DNA of 64,000 bases from IMG/VR virus record IMGVR_UViG_3300021185_001145, positions 19,591 to 83,590 of that record. One strand, written 5' to 3'. The notes below the pieces were generated by a model. That model was given only the letters and a program-made list of their open reading frames with translations. It was not told the DNA's origin and ran no database searches. The position numbers and the translations under genes were made by a program. Positions 1 to 10,366 of the stretch are shown here, piece by piece (the first letter of the stretch is position 1; the number at the start of each line of letters is the position of its first letter). The DNA comes from a virus.

Positions 1-15
1 TACTGTTTCCACTAC

Positions 16-23
16 TATTTATA
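16..23 (-). promoter_or_regulatory. T4-type late promoter TATAAATA (gp55) for genes left of the window
   Basis: Exact TATAAATA on - strand just past the gp23 terminator. Confidence 0.65.
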
Positions 24-28
24 CAAAC

Positions 29-55
29 AAAAAAAGGGAGCCCCGAAGGACTCCC
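29..55 (-). terminator. Rho-independent terminator after major capsid gene
   Basis: GGGAGTCC-TTCG-GGGCTCCC hairpin followed by T-run on - strand. Confidence 0.9.
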
Positions 56-94
56 TTAAAGTTGGGTAGGTTAACCCTACTCTTGTAGTATCAA

Positions 95-1348
95 TTACAG
101 AATGTTTGCAACTGAGAAACCACGGTAGTAAGTGTTGACACGCTGTGTCAATGCACCTGCACCAGCAGTTGTACCTTGAGCGAATGGGTTCGCAACCATG
201 CCGTAGCGTGTTTTGAAACCAATCTTAGGCTGGAAGGTGTTCTCACCAACCGCACGAACCATTTGCAACGGCACGTATGGGCAGTAGAAGATACCAGCGT
301 CATATGCGCTGTCGCCTTTATAACCTACGACACAGAAATCGCCAGTTGCATATGGGTCAACATATACTTTTGTGCGACCGTTAAGTACACCAGCAAATGT
401 GTTGCCAGTTGTGTCTACTTGCAGGTTAGTGTTCAGTGCAGGGTTGTAATCCATGATACCTGCGGCTGCCAAAGCAGATGCAACATCAGAAGATACGATG
501 ATAAAGTTACCTTTACCTCTGCGTGTTTCACGGGCGATTACGTTTGCTTCACGCTCGATTTGGAACATCAGACCTTTGTAACGCTCAATAGACCAGCGAC
601 CATCAGCATCAGCGGCAACGTCAAACGCACCAGCAGTTGCACCAGGCTTGGCTGAACGATAGATAGTACGCATTACTTCGCGGTTGATTTCAGCAAGAAT
701 TTCGCCAGACAAGATGTTGGCAAGTTCTGTTTCAGCGTCAAGACCGTGTACTGCTTTCAGGTCCTGTGCAAGTTCAACAGTGTATTCTGCTTTCAACGCA
801 CGGGTTTTGGCTTCAACAGAAATCTTCTCTACTGAGAATTGCATTTCGTTGAAAGTTCCGCCACCAGAAGAACCGAGTGCTTCAGCCGCGGCTGTAGTCA
901 TACCAGTACCTGTAGTGTAACCGTTTGTATCTGGGTCAGCATCCATTGGACCTACAGTGTTAGCATGTGTGCCAGCACCAGAGAAGTCTGTGTCTGCTTC
1001 GTTGTAGAATGCTTCTGCGCCAGCGCCGTCTTTGGCACGCATTGCAAAGATAAGACCAGTAGGTGCAGTCATTGGCTGTACACCTGCAACGTCATATGCA
1101 ATCAACTGAGGCATAGAACGTCTTACCAATGAAATCAATACTGGGTCAAAGTTTTGTACGTTGCCAGTAGCGTTCAATGGAGCGGCTTCAAACAGACCCA
1201 TTTGCTCATTTTGCTCACGGATTGCTTTTTCTTGGTTTTCAAGAAGTACGGCTGTTACCGCTTTCTTGTATGGGTCCTGGATGGCAGGCGCATCGGCATG
1301 CTCCAGAATTGGTTCCCATTTTTTCTGGGATTCTTCAGAAAGATACAT
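95..1348 (-). CDS. gp23: Major capsid protein
   Basis: FDPVLISLVRRSMPQLIAYDVAGVQPMTAPTGLIFAMR, ELAQDLKAVHGLDAE, GIFYCPYVPLQM, FQPKIGFKTRYG are T4-like gp23 signatures. Confidence 0.99.
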   Translation of the reverse strand: MYLSEESQKKWEPILEHADAPAIQDPYKKAVTAVLLENQEKAIREQNEQMGLFEAAPLNATGNVQNFDPVLISLVRRSMPQLIAYDVAGVQPMTAPTGLIFAMRAKDGAGAEAFYNEADTDFSGAGTHANTVGPMDADPDTNGYTTGTGMTTAAAEALGSSGGGTFNEMQFSVEKISVEAKTRALKAEYTVELAQDLKAVHGLDAETELANILSGEILAEINREVMRTIYRSAKPGATAGAFDVAADADGRWSIERYKGLMFQIEREANVIARETRRGKGNFIIVSSDVASALAAAGIMDYNPALNTNLQVDTTGNTFAGVLNGRTKVYVDPYATGDFCVVGYKGDSAYDAGIFYCPYVPLQMVRAVGENTFQPKIGFKTRYGMVANPFAQGTTAGAGALTQRVNTYYRGFSVANIL

Positions 1349-1421
1349 ATCTTTTCTCCTTAAAGTTATAGTTTAGTCAAACTGTTAATATAAACATTCA
1401 AAAATAACATATTCATATTAG

Positions 1422-1429
1422 TATTTATA
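1422..1429 (-). promoter_or_regulatory. Late promoter for gp23
   Basis: TATAAATA in gp22-gp23 intergenic region. Confidence 0.8.
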
Positions 1430-1434
1430 TGACA

Positions 1435-2541
1435 TTACTTTTTCATGCTTGAAAGTGTTCTAGCGTAAACACTCATGCTCTCGGATAGTGATTCCGCTTG
1501 CGGAGCATCCACACTGTCTTCTTTTTCTGCGCCAGTTGCCCTTACTTTAGGGAAATATGATTCCTTGATAGTTTCTAACTTCTCACGGTACTGGTCAATA
1601 GTCTCAAACTCTACGCCTTCAGCCAGAGCCTTCACTTTGTCTGCTTGTGTGTCGGTCAAACCAACAACTGCTTCTGTAAGTGCATTTTCTGCCTTGATTG
1701 CATCAAGTTCTTTCTTCATAGCAACGTTTTTCTCAAACTCTTCATTGAGTTTTGCTTCCAAGTCATCAGATTTAGTTGCGAGTTCGTCAACTAGGTCTGC
1801 TTTCTCTTCAGGAACGTCAATATAATTTTCTACGAAAAGATTTTTCAATCCATTCATAAATTCTTCAGCGATTTCTGTACGAATTCCACGCTCAATTGCA
1901 AGTGCGTTTTCTTTAACCCACTCTTCAACAACGTAATTCAGATAACCATCTACTTTTTCTGCAAGTTCGCCACGGGCTTCTTCCAGTTTAGCATCGTAAT
2001 CCGCTTGAGCGGCTTCGTTGATGGCGTCAAGTTGTTCTGCAACTTTCGCTTTAACAGCGGCTTCGAAAATCGTTTGCGCTTTTTCTTTAAATTCTTCTGA
2101 CAATTCAGCATCAGAACCAGAAAGAAGTGCATCAACGTCTTCTGCAACGTCAACAGTAAGTTCTACTTCTTCCTTCATCTTCTTCTCTTTGTCTTTTGAT
2201 GCGTAGAGTTTTTTACCTTCAGCGGCTTCTTCCTCTTCGTCATCATCATCATCGTCATCGTCACCATCTTCGTCATCGTCATCGTCTTCAGCGTCATCTT
2301 CTTCAGACTTAACGGACTTTTTGGCTTCGTCTAGTTCTTCAGTTGCATCTTCATCAGATACTTCTTCAGCAACTACTTCTTCTTCAGCAACCGCTTCTTC
2401 GGCAACTGTTTCTTCAGAAGTTTCAGCAACTACTTCTTCAGCCATATCTTCGGAATCCTGAACTGCTTCAAGGTCCTCTGAAATCGCTTCTTCAGTTTTT
2501 ACTTCTTCTTCATTGATTTGCTCTGCAAATTTCTTTAGCAT
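1435..2541 (-). CDS. gp22: Prohead core scaffolding protein
   Basis: LSEEFKEKAQTIFEAAV, VDGYLNYVVEEW..EN, acidic N-terminus; lies between gp21 and gp23. Confidence 0.96.
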   Translation of the reverse strand: MLKKFAEQINEEEVKTEEAISEDLEAVQDSEDMAEEVVAETSEETVAEEAVAEEEVVAEEVSDEDATEELDEAKKSVKSEEDDAEDDDDDEDGDDDDDDDDEEEEAAEGKKLYASKDKEKKMKEEVELTVDVAEDVDALLSGSDAELSEEFKEKAQTIFEAAVKAKVAEQLDAINEAAQADYDAKLEEARGELAEKVDGYLNYVVEEWVKENALAIERGIRTEIAEEFMNGLKNLFVENYIDVPEEKADLVDELATKSDDLEAKLNEEFEKNVAMKKELDAIKAENALTEAVVGLTDTQADKVKALAEGVEFETIDQYREKLETIKESYFPKVRATGAEKEDSVDAPQAESLSESMSVYARTLSSMKK

Positions 2542-2578
2542 GAGATTAATCTCCTTTTATGAAAGTTATTATCATATC

Positions 2579-2586
2579 TATTTATA
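2579..2586 (-). promoter_or_regulatory. Late promoter for gp22
   Basis: TATAAATA in intergenic region. Confidence 0.8.
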
Positions 2587-2590
2587 AACA

Positions 2591-3235
2591 CTACAATTTT
2601 TGAATGAAGTCAGAGAATAACCTTATCTTCACTTCTTCAAGTTGAAATGATGAAGCACGTTTAATTTGCTTTTCATATTCCCCGATGGTGTTCTCTTTCA
2701 ATACACCGTTATCCCAAATCCACTCTTTGCCTTCCATGATACCGTCAACAAATGCGTCTGGTGCAGACGGGTCTGCAACGATATCTGCGGCGGTGGCAAG
2801 ATAAAAATCTGATTGTACAACGTTAGTACCATTAGATTGTTTAAGTGAACCCATACCACGAGAAGATACTCCCAAACGGGCACCCTCTGCCATAAGGTTC
2901 TTCACGATTTTGCCCATTGGCGTATCTGTGATTTTCGCTTTACCCATGAAGTTGTCGCCGTCACGATAAAGTTCTTTAATCATATGAGATACACGGTCTA
3001 AATTGATAGTAGGACCATCTGGATGTCCTAGTTCACCGAATGCTCTGTTTTCAGTAATGTACGCATCAGTATAACGCTTCACTTCTTTTTCAAGAACGTC
3101 TGCTGGATAAACACGCCCATTTCTATTCTTTTTGTTTGCCTGCATAAAGACGCCAGAAATATAAAACTGCTTTTCGCCTGCAATTTCTTCAGTGATATAC
3201 TCTACGTCTTCAACTGTTTCTGTAATTAATTTCAT
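2591..3235 (-). CDS. gp21: Prohead protease
   Basis: KNRNGRVYP, GELGHP, LDRVSH, GVSSRGMGSL, DIVADPSAPDAFV. Confidence 0.98.
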   Translation of the reverse strand: MKLITETVEDVEYITEEIAGEKQFYISGVFMQANKKNRNGRVYPADVLEKEVKRYTDAYITENRAFGELGHPDGPTINLDRVSHMIKELYRDGDNFMGKAKITDTPMGKIVKNLMAEGARLGVSSRGMGSLKQSNGTNVVQSDFYLATAADIVADPSAPDAFVDGIMEGKEWIWDNGVLKENTIGEYEKQIKRASSFQLEEVKIRLFSDFIQKL

Positions 3236-3654
3236 TTGTTGAAGCCCCTTGTTGTTCTTTTCCTGTTAGTCAATTTGCGCTTAATCGCCGCTCTGCTACC
3301 TTTTGCTTTTCTTTTACGAGCCGCTTTCTTTTGAGCAATTTTTCTATTGCGTCTTTCAGAAGCAGACATGCGTACAACGCTTTGACTTCCATCACCTTTA
3401 GTTCTATATTTACTGTCTGTGGCAACTACTTTACGTCTTTGCACAACACCACCACGAATTCGATTAACACGCTTTATTCTTGCTTCATCAACCTCTTCAT
3501 CTTCATCATCAATCTCTTCAAGCATTTCGTTAGCAATTAACGTCTTAAATTCATTAAATAGTTCATCTACCTTACTATTTATAACGGATTCGAACACTTT
3601 ATTTGTTTCAAGTGCATCGCCGTTTTCAATTGCGTTAATTAACTCTTTGCTCAT
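3232..3654 (-). CDS. gp68: Prohead core protein, gp68-like basic C-terminus with gp67-like N-terminal half
   Basis: Start revised to MSKELINAIENGD (ATGA overlap with upstream stop); K/R-rich C-terminal half; directly upstream of gp21. Confidence 0.75.
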   Translation of the reverse strand: MSKELINAIENGDALETNKVFESVINSKVDELFNEFKTLIANEMLEEIDDEDEEVDEARIKRVNRIRGGVVQRRKVVATDSKYRTKGDGSQSVVRMSASERRNRKIAQKKAARKRKAKGSRAAIKRKLTNRKRTTRGFNK

Positions 3655-4031
3655 TTTACTGCGCCCCATGAGAATTCAACTGCTTTTGCAAAGTTTGCTT
3701 TACTTTTGCCTAGCATATCTGTGAACTTCGTTTTATTTTTATCATTAAGGGCATCAATAACTTTTAATATTACGTTTGCAGTTTGCATATCAACTTTAAT
3801 AGACTTACCGTCTTTAAGTTTTACATCCATCGCCTGCTTCTTTTTTGAAATTGATTTAATCGTATCAATGGCATCTTCATCCATCATAAAGGTGTCTGCT
3901 TCTGAATCCAGTACATCCTCTACGTCAACGTTATCAATATCAAATTCAATATCTTTGTCCTGTAGACGGATGTGACCATCTTCAGATTCCGATATTTTTA
4001 ATGACTGTTTCAACTCCTTAAAGGTTTTCAT
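3651..4031 (-). CDS. Hypothetical, probable internal head/prohead core protein
   Basis: Starts MKTFKELKQSLKISE, resembling the T4 capsid-targeting sequence; lies in prohead core cluster. Confidence 0.6.
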   Translation of the reverse strand: MKTFKELKQSLKISESEDGHIRLQDKDIEFDIDNVDVEDVLDSEADTFMMDEDAIDTIKSISKKKQAMDVKLKDGKSIKVDMQTANVILKVIDALNDKNKTKFTDMLGKSKANFAKAVEFSWGAVK

Positions 4032-4034
4032 TTT

Positions 4035-4202
4035 TTATTGTTCCTTTTCAGTTTCCACATTAAGCATAGATGATGCAATCTCTTTTTTCTTGGATTCGAT
4101 TTTCTCATATGCTTTTTTGGATAGCACCGAATTTACTGTATCTTGTAATGCCGATGCATCTGTCTGTTCTGCATTTTTAATAATGTCAATTGCTGTAGTC
4201 AT
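4035..4202 (-). CDS. Small gp67-like prohead core protein (55 aa, not in ORF track)
   Basis: MTTAIDIIKNAEQTDASALQDTVNSVLSKKAYEKIESKKKEIASSMLNVETEKEQ; starts immediately after the gp20 stop, at the T4 gp67 position. Confidence 0.7.
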   Translation of the reverse strand: MTTAIDIIKNAEQTDASALQDTVNSVLSKKAYEKIESKKKEIASSMLNVETEKEQ

Positions 4203-5687
4203 TTAAAAGTCCCCATCATCTGTTTCAATTTCACCGCTGTCAATCTCTTTTTTGATTTGAGCGTCTAGTTGTTCAATATCTTCATCAGTATATTTCAATA
4301 CGTCTTTCATCACTTGTTGGCGAGAGAAATACTTCCCAACATATTGGTCATACTCTGAAACAAGAGCAAGTCTCTCACGCATAATCTCTTGGTTCTTAAC
4401 TTCTGTAAAGTATGTATCTGCACGGAAATCATAGTAAATGCCATCTTTAACATTGTCCCACTCTTCTGGAGATATCACACCTTTCAGTATCAACTGCTTT
4501 CTTAGTAGGTCATCAAATAGATGTGTAAAACGAATTCTAATCTTTTTGATAAACTTATTAAATTTCAGTTCATCTCTTGTGACTTCATCGCCACCGCCAA
4601 ATGATACTGTATTCTCATTATCTAAACGAGATGATGGTACGTTCAATGACTTATAAAGTTTCTTCTGAAAATACTGAACATCATCCATTTCGCCGAGGTT
4701 TTGACCACCAGCAAGTGTATCTACTTCTGTACCCCTACCACCTTCACGGCGAGGCATCCAAAAATCTTCAAGCATTGACATGTGTTTTCTGTCACCGTCA
4801 ATCTCGCCTGTAGAAGCATTATATACAATCTTATTCTTATAACGTGCCATAATGTCACGCAAATATGCTTCTGCTTTACCCTTAGGTAAGTTACCAACAT
4901 CTACATAGAAAATGCGGCGCTCTGGCGCTCTTGATAGTCTGTAAATAACAACTGCATCTTCAACTGCACGGAGTTGATTTAATGGTTTGATTGCTTTGTG
5001 TAGATAAGAATATACAGTCTTACCACTAGTATCAAGCAAACCAGAAGTTACATATGAGATAGAATCCTTAGAAATCTTTACTCCGTTACCTGCACCCTCT
5101 AAACCATTTTCATTGAATACGAAATACTCTTCATACTCTTTATATGTATCTACGTTAGTTTCTTCGTCCTTTTCCTTGATAGGTCTACGGACTTTCTTAA
5201 TCTGTCTTGGGTCTATGTAACGTAATTCTTTCAAACCTGCTTGTGGTTCATTTACATCAATTACGTTATGATAGTGTAGACGACCATCAATATACCAACG
5301 CTTAAAAATGTCTGCGCCATTACTCCCAAAATCGAGAAGACGTAGAACATTCGAAAATTCTTCTGTAATGCGCTTTTTAACAGACGCACCATATTCTAAA
5401 TTGTCAGTAATTACCTCTACAGGTGCTTCAGTACCCTCTTGCACAACTGCTTCATTGACAATATCATCAATTGCAGTTTCACATTCAGGCGTACCTGCCA
5501 TGTCACGATAACGATTAATTAAATCAGTTTCGTTTTTAGAAGTACCTTCCAAATCAATATATTGACCGAAAACGCCACCTTCTGATACCTGAACAGCCCC
5601 ATCGTCATTTGTCGGGGGGACAAACGATGGAGTATCCTGATTTGCATCAGAAGCACGGTTAATTTCGAATCCGAATAACTTTGCCAT
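4203..5687 (-). CDS. gp20: Portal protein
   Basis: WYIDGRL, YLHKAIKPLNQLR..EDAVVIYRLSRAPERRIFYVDVGNLPK, EDFWMPRREGGRGTE. Confidence 0.99.
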   Translation of the reverse strand: MAKLFGFEINRASDANQDTPSFVPPTNDDGAVQVSEGGVFGQYIDLEGTSKNETDLINRYRDMAGTPECETAIDDIVNEAVVQEGTEAPVEVITDNLEYGASVKKRITEEFSNVLRLLDFGSNGADIFKRWYIDGRLHYHNVIDVNEPQAGLKELRYIDPRQIKKVRRPIKEKDEETNVDTYKEYEEYFVFNENGLEGAGNGVKISKDSISYVTSGLLDTSGKTVYSYLHKAIKPLNQLRAVEDAVVIYRLSRAPERRIFYVDVGNLPKGKAEAYLRDIMARYKNKIVYNASTGEIDGDRKHMSMLEDFWMPRREGGRGTEVDTLAGGQNLGEMDDVQYFQKKLYKSLNVPSSRLDNENTVSFGGGDEVTRDELKFNKFIKKIRIRFTHLFDDLLRKQLILKGVISPEEWDNVKDGIYYDFRADTYFTEVKNQEIMRERLALVSEYDQYVGKYFSRQQVMKDVLKYTDEDIEQLDAQIKKEIDSGEIETDDGDF

Positions 5688-5717
5688 AAATAAAATTCCT
5701 ATCTAATTGTTCAAAAT

Positions 5718-5750
5718 GAGGGAGCCTATAATATATTTATAGACCCCCTC
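5718..5750 (-). terminator. Hairpin after gp19 with embedded late promoter (5734-5741)
   Basis: GAGGGGGTCTATAA-ATATA-TTATAGGCTCCCTC followed by ATTTT. Confidence 0.7.
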
Positions 5751-5757
5751 AGAACGA

Positions 5758-6279
5758 TTAGATGACCGCATTGCTTACATCAGTCCAGTAATCATACTGG
5801 AATGTGCATGTAAACTCTTCGATTGTGTCATTGGAATCCCAAGCAACATCAATTGGTGAGAGGTCTACTGGGAAGATACCAATAAATTGATACGTCTTCA
5901 GTACGTTTCCACCTTTGCCGAACTGCTTGATAGAACCTTCTGACTTCTGAAGAAGTGGTGAGGGTGTACCAATGTTCGCAATATGCGAGTTGATTGAGGA
6001 CATCCAACGCTCAAGACCGTTGCGTACTGCAAAGTCTTCATCGTTGATAATAGTTACAGTCCATTCAGCGAATGTTCTGTTACCTGCGATTTTCATTGTG
6101 CGACCGAAGTATGGTACCTCGATAACACCTAGTGTGTCTCCTGGCAACTGAGATGCTTTTGCCATGAAAGTGAATTTATCAGAACCACCAAATGGGTTTG
6201 TAATCTCACATTCAAACAGATTGCTTCTTGCGCCGCCACCGGTTAGTTCACTTCTGAACCCGTCAATTGTAAAAGCCAT
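5758..6279 (-). CDS. gp19: Tail tube protein
   Basis: GGARSNLFE, PYFGRTMKIAGNRTFAEWTVTIINDEDF, IEEFTCTFQYDYW. Confidence 0.98.
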   Translation of the reverse strand: MAFTIDGFRSELTGGGARSNLFECEITNPFGGSDKFTFMAKASQLPGDTLGVIEVPYFGRTMKIAGNRTFAEWTVTIINDEDFAVRNGLERWMSSINSHIANIGTPSPLLQKSEGSIKQFGKGGNVLKTYQFIGIFPVDLSPIDVAWDSNDTIEEFTCTFQYDYWTDVSNAVI

Positions 6280-6304
6280 GTTTTTTTCTCCTAGTTATCT
6301 GTTA

Positions 6305-8176
6305 TTAAAATTGACCTACAACTTCAGAGAAGTCTACGCCTGTTCTAACAGCAACAAAGTTCAACTGAATGAAGTTGATAGAGCGGGCTGGTTTGATGTA
6401 GATATCACCAATAAACTCGTTTCTGTCAATTACTTCACCAGTGTTGTTGCTTTCGTCACATACAACTCGGAAGTCATAAATGCCACGGCGACCTTGTACG
6501 TCACGCAAGAACGGTTCTACAAGATTGCGGAACTGTGAGCGGGTGAACTGGTCATTAAACTCAAACAATGAGTATTTAGCGGCAGTTGCGATTGCTTTTT
6601 CAAGCACGATGAACAAACGTCTTACGTTAATTCTATCGAATGCACTTGGTTTAGCAAGTAGTGTCTTGTCACCAAACAAGATTGTACCTTCGCCCGGGAA
6701 TGTAAGAATTGGGTTAACGCCATTCTTATAAAGTTCGTCACGGAAAGTTTTACTTGGAGACCATGCAGTTTTAACAACGTTCTTAATTTGACCGCGGTTA
6801 AATCCAGCAGGTGACCACCATGCATCTCTTTCGTCAGTAGAACGAACAACCAGACCAGCAACGTCACCGTTGAATGGTACCCAACGATATACATCGTTGT
6901 ACTTGTCGTACTGGTATTTCCAGTTACCATCTAGGAATGCATATGAAGATGAAGGCAGGCTGTCACGGAATTCAACAATATCTGTTGCTTCGCTACCAGC
7001 GTTGTTCACACAATCTGCAAATTCAGGTGATAGGAATGCAACACAATCAAGTCGTGCTTCACAAACTGCAATCAGGTGAAGAGCGATTGTTTGGTTAGCG
7101 TCTGCACCAAGAATAAGTGATACGTCTACTTCTTCTGCGTTTGCGAACATGTCATAACCAGCGATGATTTGAGCATCAGTTGCGGCAGAACCATCAGCAC
7201 CACCAGCAAGTGACCATGTAGATGGTACTGTAATTGGTGAAGAGTTATAGTCAACTGTATCTGCGGCGGCTGTATCCCAAGTGTTGGAACCCATTGCATG
7301 GTCTACCCAACGAACCCAGTTAGAACGTCTTGCGATTACTTGCTTGTATGCGTTAGTAGAACCGTCTGCATTCAAAGCACCTGGTGCTTTAGAAACGAAT
7401 GCGAACTTTTCAATAACTTCGCCTTTAGTTCCAGAAATTTCACCATCTTCGTCAATTACTGCGATGTGAATTTCATCATTAGATGCGCCACGCTTCTCTG
7501 CATATGGTGATGTACCTGGGGCACCATCAAATGATGTTGCATATTCCCATTCTGCTACAACGTCACCAGCGGTGACATCAACAGAAAATGCTGAGTTAAG
7601 TGTTGCACCTGCGTCTGTTACTGCGGTTACGATTTTAGTTTCACCAGCAGAGATGACAAGAGAACCTACGGATAGGAATTCATCGGCATCTGTTAGAGTG
7701 AGTGCAGTACCTACTGTGTCTACAGTCAGCGTTTGGCGGAATGCCGCGGCTGTTGCACAAACAGAAACTTTCAGTGAGTTACCAATCAGTCCGGCATGTT
7801 TTGCCACAAAATACTGATTTGCTACAACGTTCTGACCGCCTTCGAAATTTTGTTCCCAGTCTTCATCATTTTGAATAAGAACACCAGTACCTGCTGTTCC
7901 TGCATTAAGTTGACCTGTCTGTTCGACACGGACAACCTGAAGGCTGTTACCGTATGCTAAAAAGTTAGCACCAGTATAAAAATGCACCGCTGTATCATTG
8001 GTAGGTTTACCAAACATATTGGCAAGCGAATCCTCGTTTCCGAGCAACTTGCGTTCCATGATTGGACCCCAACCAAAATTGCCAGCAATACAACCACCAG
8101 TCGCCGCAACGGCTGGTACTACGGTAGTTAAGTCAATTTCTGTGACATTAACACCTGGACTTAGTTGAAATGGCAT
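6305..8176 (-). CDS. gp18: Tail sheath protein
   Basis: SPGVNVTEIDLT, WWSPAGFNRG, SAFDRINVRRLF, YIKPARSINFIQLNF. Confidence 0.99.
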   Translation of the reverse strand: MPFQLSPGVNVTEIDLTTVVPAVAATGGCIAGNFGWGPIMERKLLGNEDSLANMFGKPTNDTAVHFYTGANFLAYGNSLQVVRVEQTGQLNAGTAGTGVLIQNDEDWEQNFEGGQNVVANQYFVAKHAGLIGNSLKVSVCATAAAFRQTLTVDTVGTALTLTDADEFLSVGSLVISAGETKIVTAVTDAGATLNSAFSVDVTAGDVVAEWEYATSFDGAPGTSPYAEKRGASNDEIHIAVIDEDGEISGTKGEVIEKFAFVSKAPGALNADGSTNAYKQVIARRSNWVRWVDHAMGSNTWDTAAADTVDYNSSPITVPSTWSLAGGADGSAATDAQIIAGYDMFANAEEVDVSLILGADANQTIALHLIAVCEARLDCVAFLSPEFADCVNNAGSEATDIVEFRDSLPSSSYAFLDGNWKYQYDKYNDVYRWVPFNGDVAGLVVRSTDERDAWWSPAGFNRGQIKNVVKTAWSPSKTFRDELYKNGVNPILTFPGEGTILFGDKTLLAKPSAFDRINVRRLFIVLEKAIATAAKYSLFEFNDQFTRSQFRNLVEPFLRDVQGRRGIYDFRVVCDESNNTGEVIDRNEFIGDIYIKPARSINFIQLNFVAVRTGVDFSEVVGQF

Positions 8177-8277
8177 ATTTCATTCTCCTTTGTTTATAAA
8201 TCAATTTGTTATGAAGAATATGGGTTAATCAAATTCTTTGTTTAACATTATTATTTAGTATTCTTCAGTTTTATAGA

Positions 8278-9915
8278 TTACCAGTCATTTCCCCATTTAA
8301 GTGCTTTCTCAGTGGACCAAAGTGTACCACTTGTATCAACATATGTTGCCTCGGATGCACTTACACCATCATCAATAAATCCGAAAGGGGTTAATTCTTC
8401 ATCAATCATTTCACGGTTAAATTCTTCTAGTTTTCGTCTGAAATCCATGTTAGTAAGTTCTCTGAAGTATTTCTGAGAAGTCATCCACGAAAACAAAACG
8501 AGACACATAACTAAGTCATCATGTGCGCCGCTTTCTGCTTCATAAGATTGCGCTTTACTTACAAATGTATTTAATTCAGATATAATATCAAAATCATTCA
8601 AAATCAATTGGTCAGACACAATCAAATCTTTTAGGGTCTGACACCCAACACGTTTTACATATTTAGATGTTTTCACACCCATAGATATATTCTTACCGAA
8701 TCCAGCACCAATCTGTTGACCTGCTCGACCCATTTGGGCGACACTCATCAAATTTTCATACTCTAAGTCCGAATGTAGAATATCTGCTACTTGTTGACCT
8801 ACATCATTAATCTCAACAAGAACATATGCTTCGTTATATTTATTACCCGCTGTCTTTACAACTTGTGGATAAAGTAGGGGTGATATGTTCTTATTTCTAT
8901 ATTTTGCAACTACTTTATATGGCATTACTGATATGTCGATAACAACAAATGCTGAGTAATCAGCACCAGTACCTCTTGATGTATCTACGATGATTGCATA
9001 AGAATGGTCTGTTATCGGTTCTTCAAATATCGAAGTGCCTTCTCTATTATATTTAGCCGTTTCGTATGTTAGAGTTCTGAGTTTAGAACCTGGAATAAGT
9101 GTGTTCGATGACCCAATAAATTCACATTCAAATTCAACTCTGAATTGGTCTTCAGATGTGTTCGCAATCTGTTCATTCTTCCATTTTTCATCACGACCTG
9201 GGATATCTGACCAATGAACATCAATTCTTTGATATGAGTTTCTACCCTTCTCACTGTCTGTCCACAATTTGTAGAACATATTTAGACCATTTGGGGTTGA
9301 TGTAATCAGAACCTTAGTAGTCTTACCAGATGAAATAGTAGGGTATACAGATGCAAAAAACTCATCTTGCAGATTTGCAGGAATAAATGCAAATTCGTCT
9401 AAGTAGATAAGATTGAATGAACCACCACGAACCGCAGAAGAAGATGTAGCAGAACTTAGAATTTTTGAACCATTCTCTAGTTCAATATTACCCTTATTCC
9501 ATTCTACAACGCCTTGTTGCATCCATTTCGGTAGTGCTTCATATGCTCTTTGAATACGAGACAGAATTTCTCTTGCTTGTGCTAGTTTATGTGCTAAGAT
9601 AGCAATATTATATTCTTCATTGAACAATACTGCATGTAATAGTAGTGCCGCAATCGTAGTAGTTTTACCAGACTGTCTAGGCATCTTACAAATAACAAAT
9701 CTGTTACTCTGTACTTTATTAATAATATCTGTTTGGAATGAATATGGGACGAATGGTACAAATCCCTCATCAACGTTTACAATCTTGACATAGTGTTCAA
9801 TAAAATATTCTGGGTCACCCGCACACTTTACCCACTCATCTACTTGGTCTTGCGTAAACTGAGTTGATATGTTTGCTCTTTTTAGATTTGGGTTACCGAG
9901 ATAGTTTTCACTCAC
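8278..9915 (-). CDS. gp17: Terminase large subunit
   Basis: YLGNPNLK, PRQSGKTT Walker A, YLDEFAF Walker B, STPNG, HDDLVM; uninterrupted. Confidence 0.99.
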   Translation of the reverse strand: MSENYLGNPNLKRANISTQFTQDQVDEWVKCAGDPEYFIEHYVKIVNVDEGFVPFVPYSFQTDIINKVQSNRFVICKMPRQSGKTTTIAALLLHAVLFNEEYNIAILAHKLAQAREILSRIQRAYEALPKWMQQGVVEWNKGNIELENGSKILSSATSSSAVRGGSFNLIYLDEFAFIPANLQDEFFASVYPTISSGKTTKVLITSTPNGLNMFYKLWTDSEKGRNSYQRIDVHWSDIPGRDEKWKNEQIANTSEDQFRVEFECEFIGSSNTLIPGSKLRTLTYETAKYNREGTSIFEEPITDHSYAIIVDTSRGTGADYSAFVVIDISVMPYKVVAKYRNKNISPLLYPQVVKTAGNKYNEAYVLVEINDVGQQVADILHSDLEYENLMSVAQMGRAGQQIGAGFGKNISMGVKTSKYVKRVGCQTLKDLIVSDQLILNDFDIISELNTFVSKAQSYEAESGAHDDLVMCLVLFSWMTSQKYFRELTNMDFRRKLEEFNREMIDEELTPFGFIDDGVSASEATYVDTSGTLWSTEKALKWGNDW

Positions 9916-10348
9916 TGTCTTCTACCCTTGCACCTTTTGCGAGTTGTAAAAGTTGTTTCTGTAACTCTTTTGTACTACCAACGAATACTGTATTGTTCTG
10001 TACTGCTTTTGCTGGTCCAGCGTATTCTTCTTTGTCCAATTCTTTCTTTTGCTTATGAACATCAAGTAGTTCTTTGTTTGCATCAACCATAGTTTTGATT
10101 AGCGTAGATGCAACTTCATATGCACGAGGTTGTTCACTCTCTTTTGCAAGTTGCAAGATACCGTCAACTGCGTCTTCACCTTTTTCGATAAGTTTCGCAA
10201 TATTAGATTTTGCCTTTACAAAATCTTCATCAGCATCTACATTAGAACTAGGAATAATTGAAGGTGCTAAGATTTCTTGCTCTGCTTCAATAATTTCTGA
10301 GTTAATGTTTAGTGCATCTTCTAGTTTTTCTTCTACTGTTTTTCTCAT
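9908..10348 (-). CDS. gp16: Terminase small subunit
   Basis: ESEQPRAYEV, NNTVFVGSTKELQK; upstream of gp17. Confidence 0.95.
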   Translation of the reverse strand: MRKTVEEKLEDALNINSEIIEAEQEILAPSIIPSSNVDADEDFVKAKSNIAKLIEKGEDAVDGILQLAKESEQPRAYEVASTLIKTMVDANKELLDVHKQKKELDKEEYAGPAKAVQNNTVFVGSTKELQKQLLQLAKGARVEDSE

Positions 10349-10366
10349 TCTGTAATCACCTTATTA

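Noticed and set aside
2220-2460. Poly-Asp/Glu tract in gp22
   Set aside because: Long acidic N-termini are ordinary in marine T4-like scaffolding proteins
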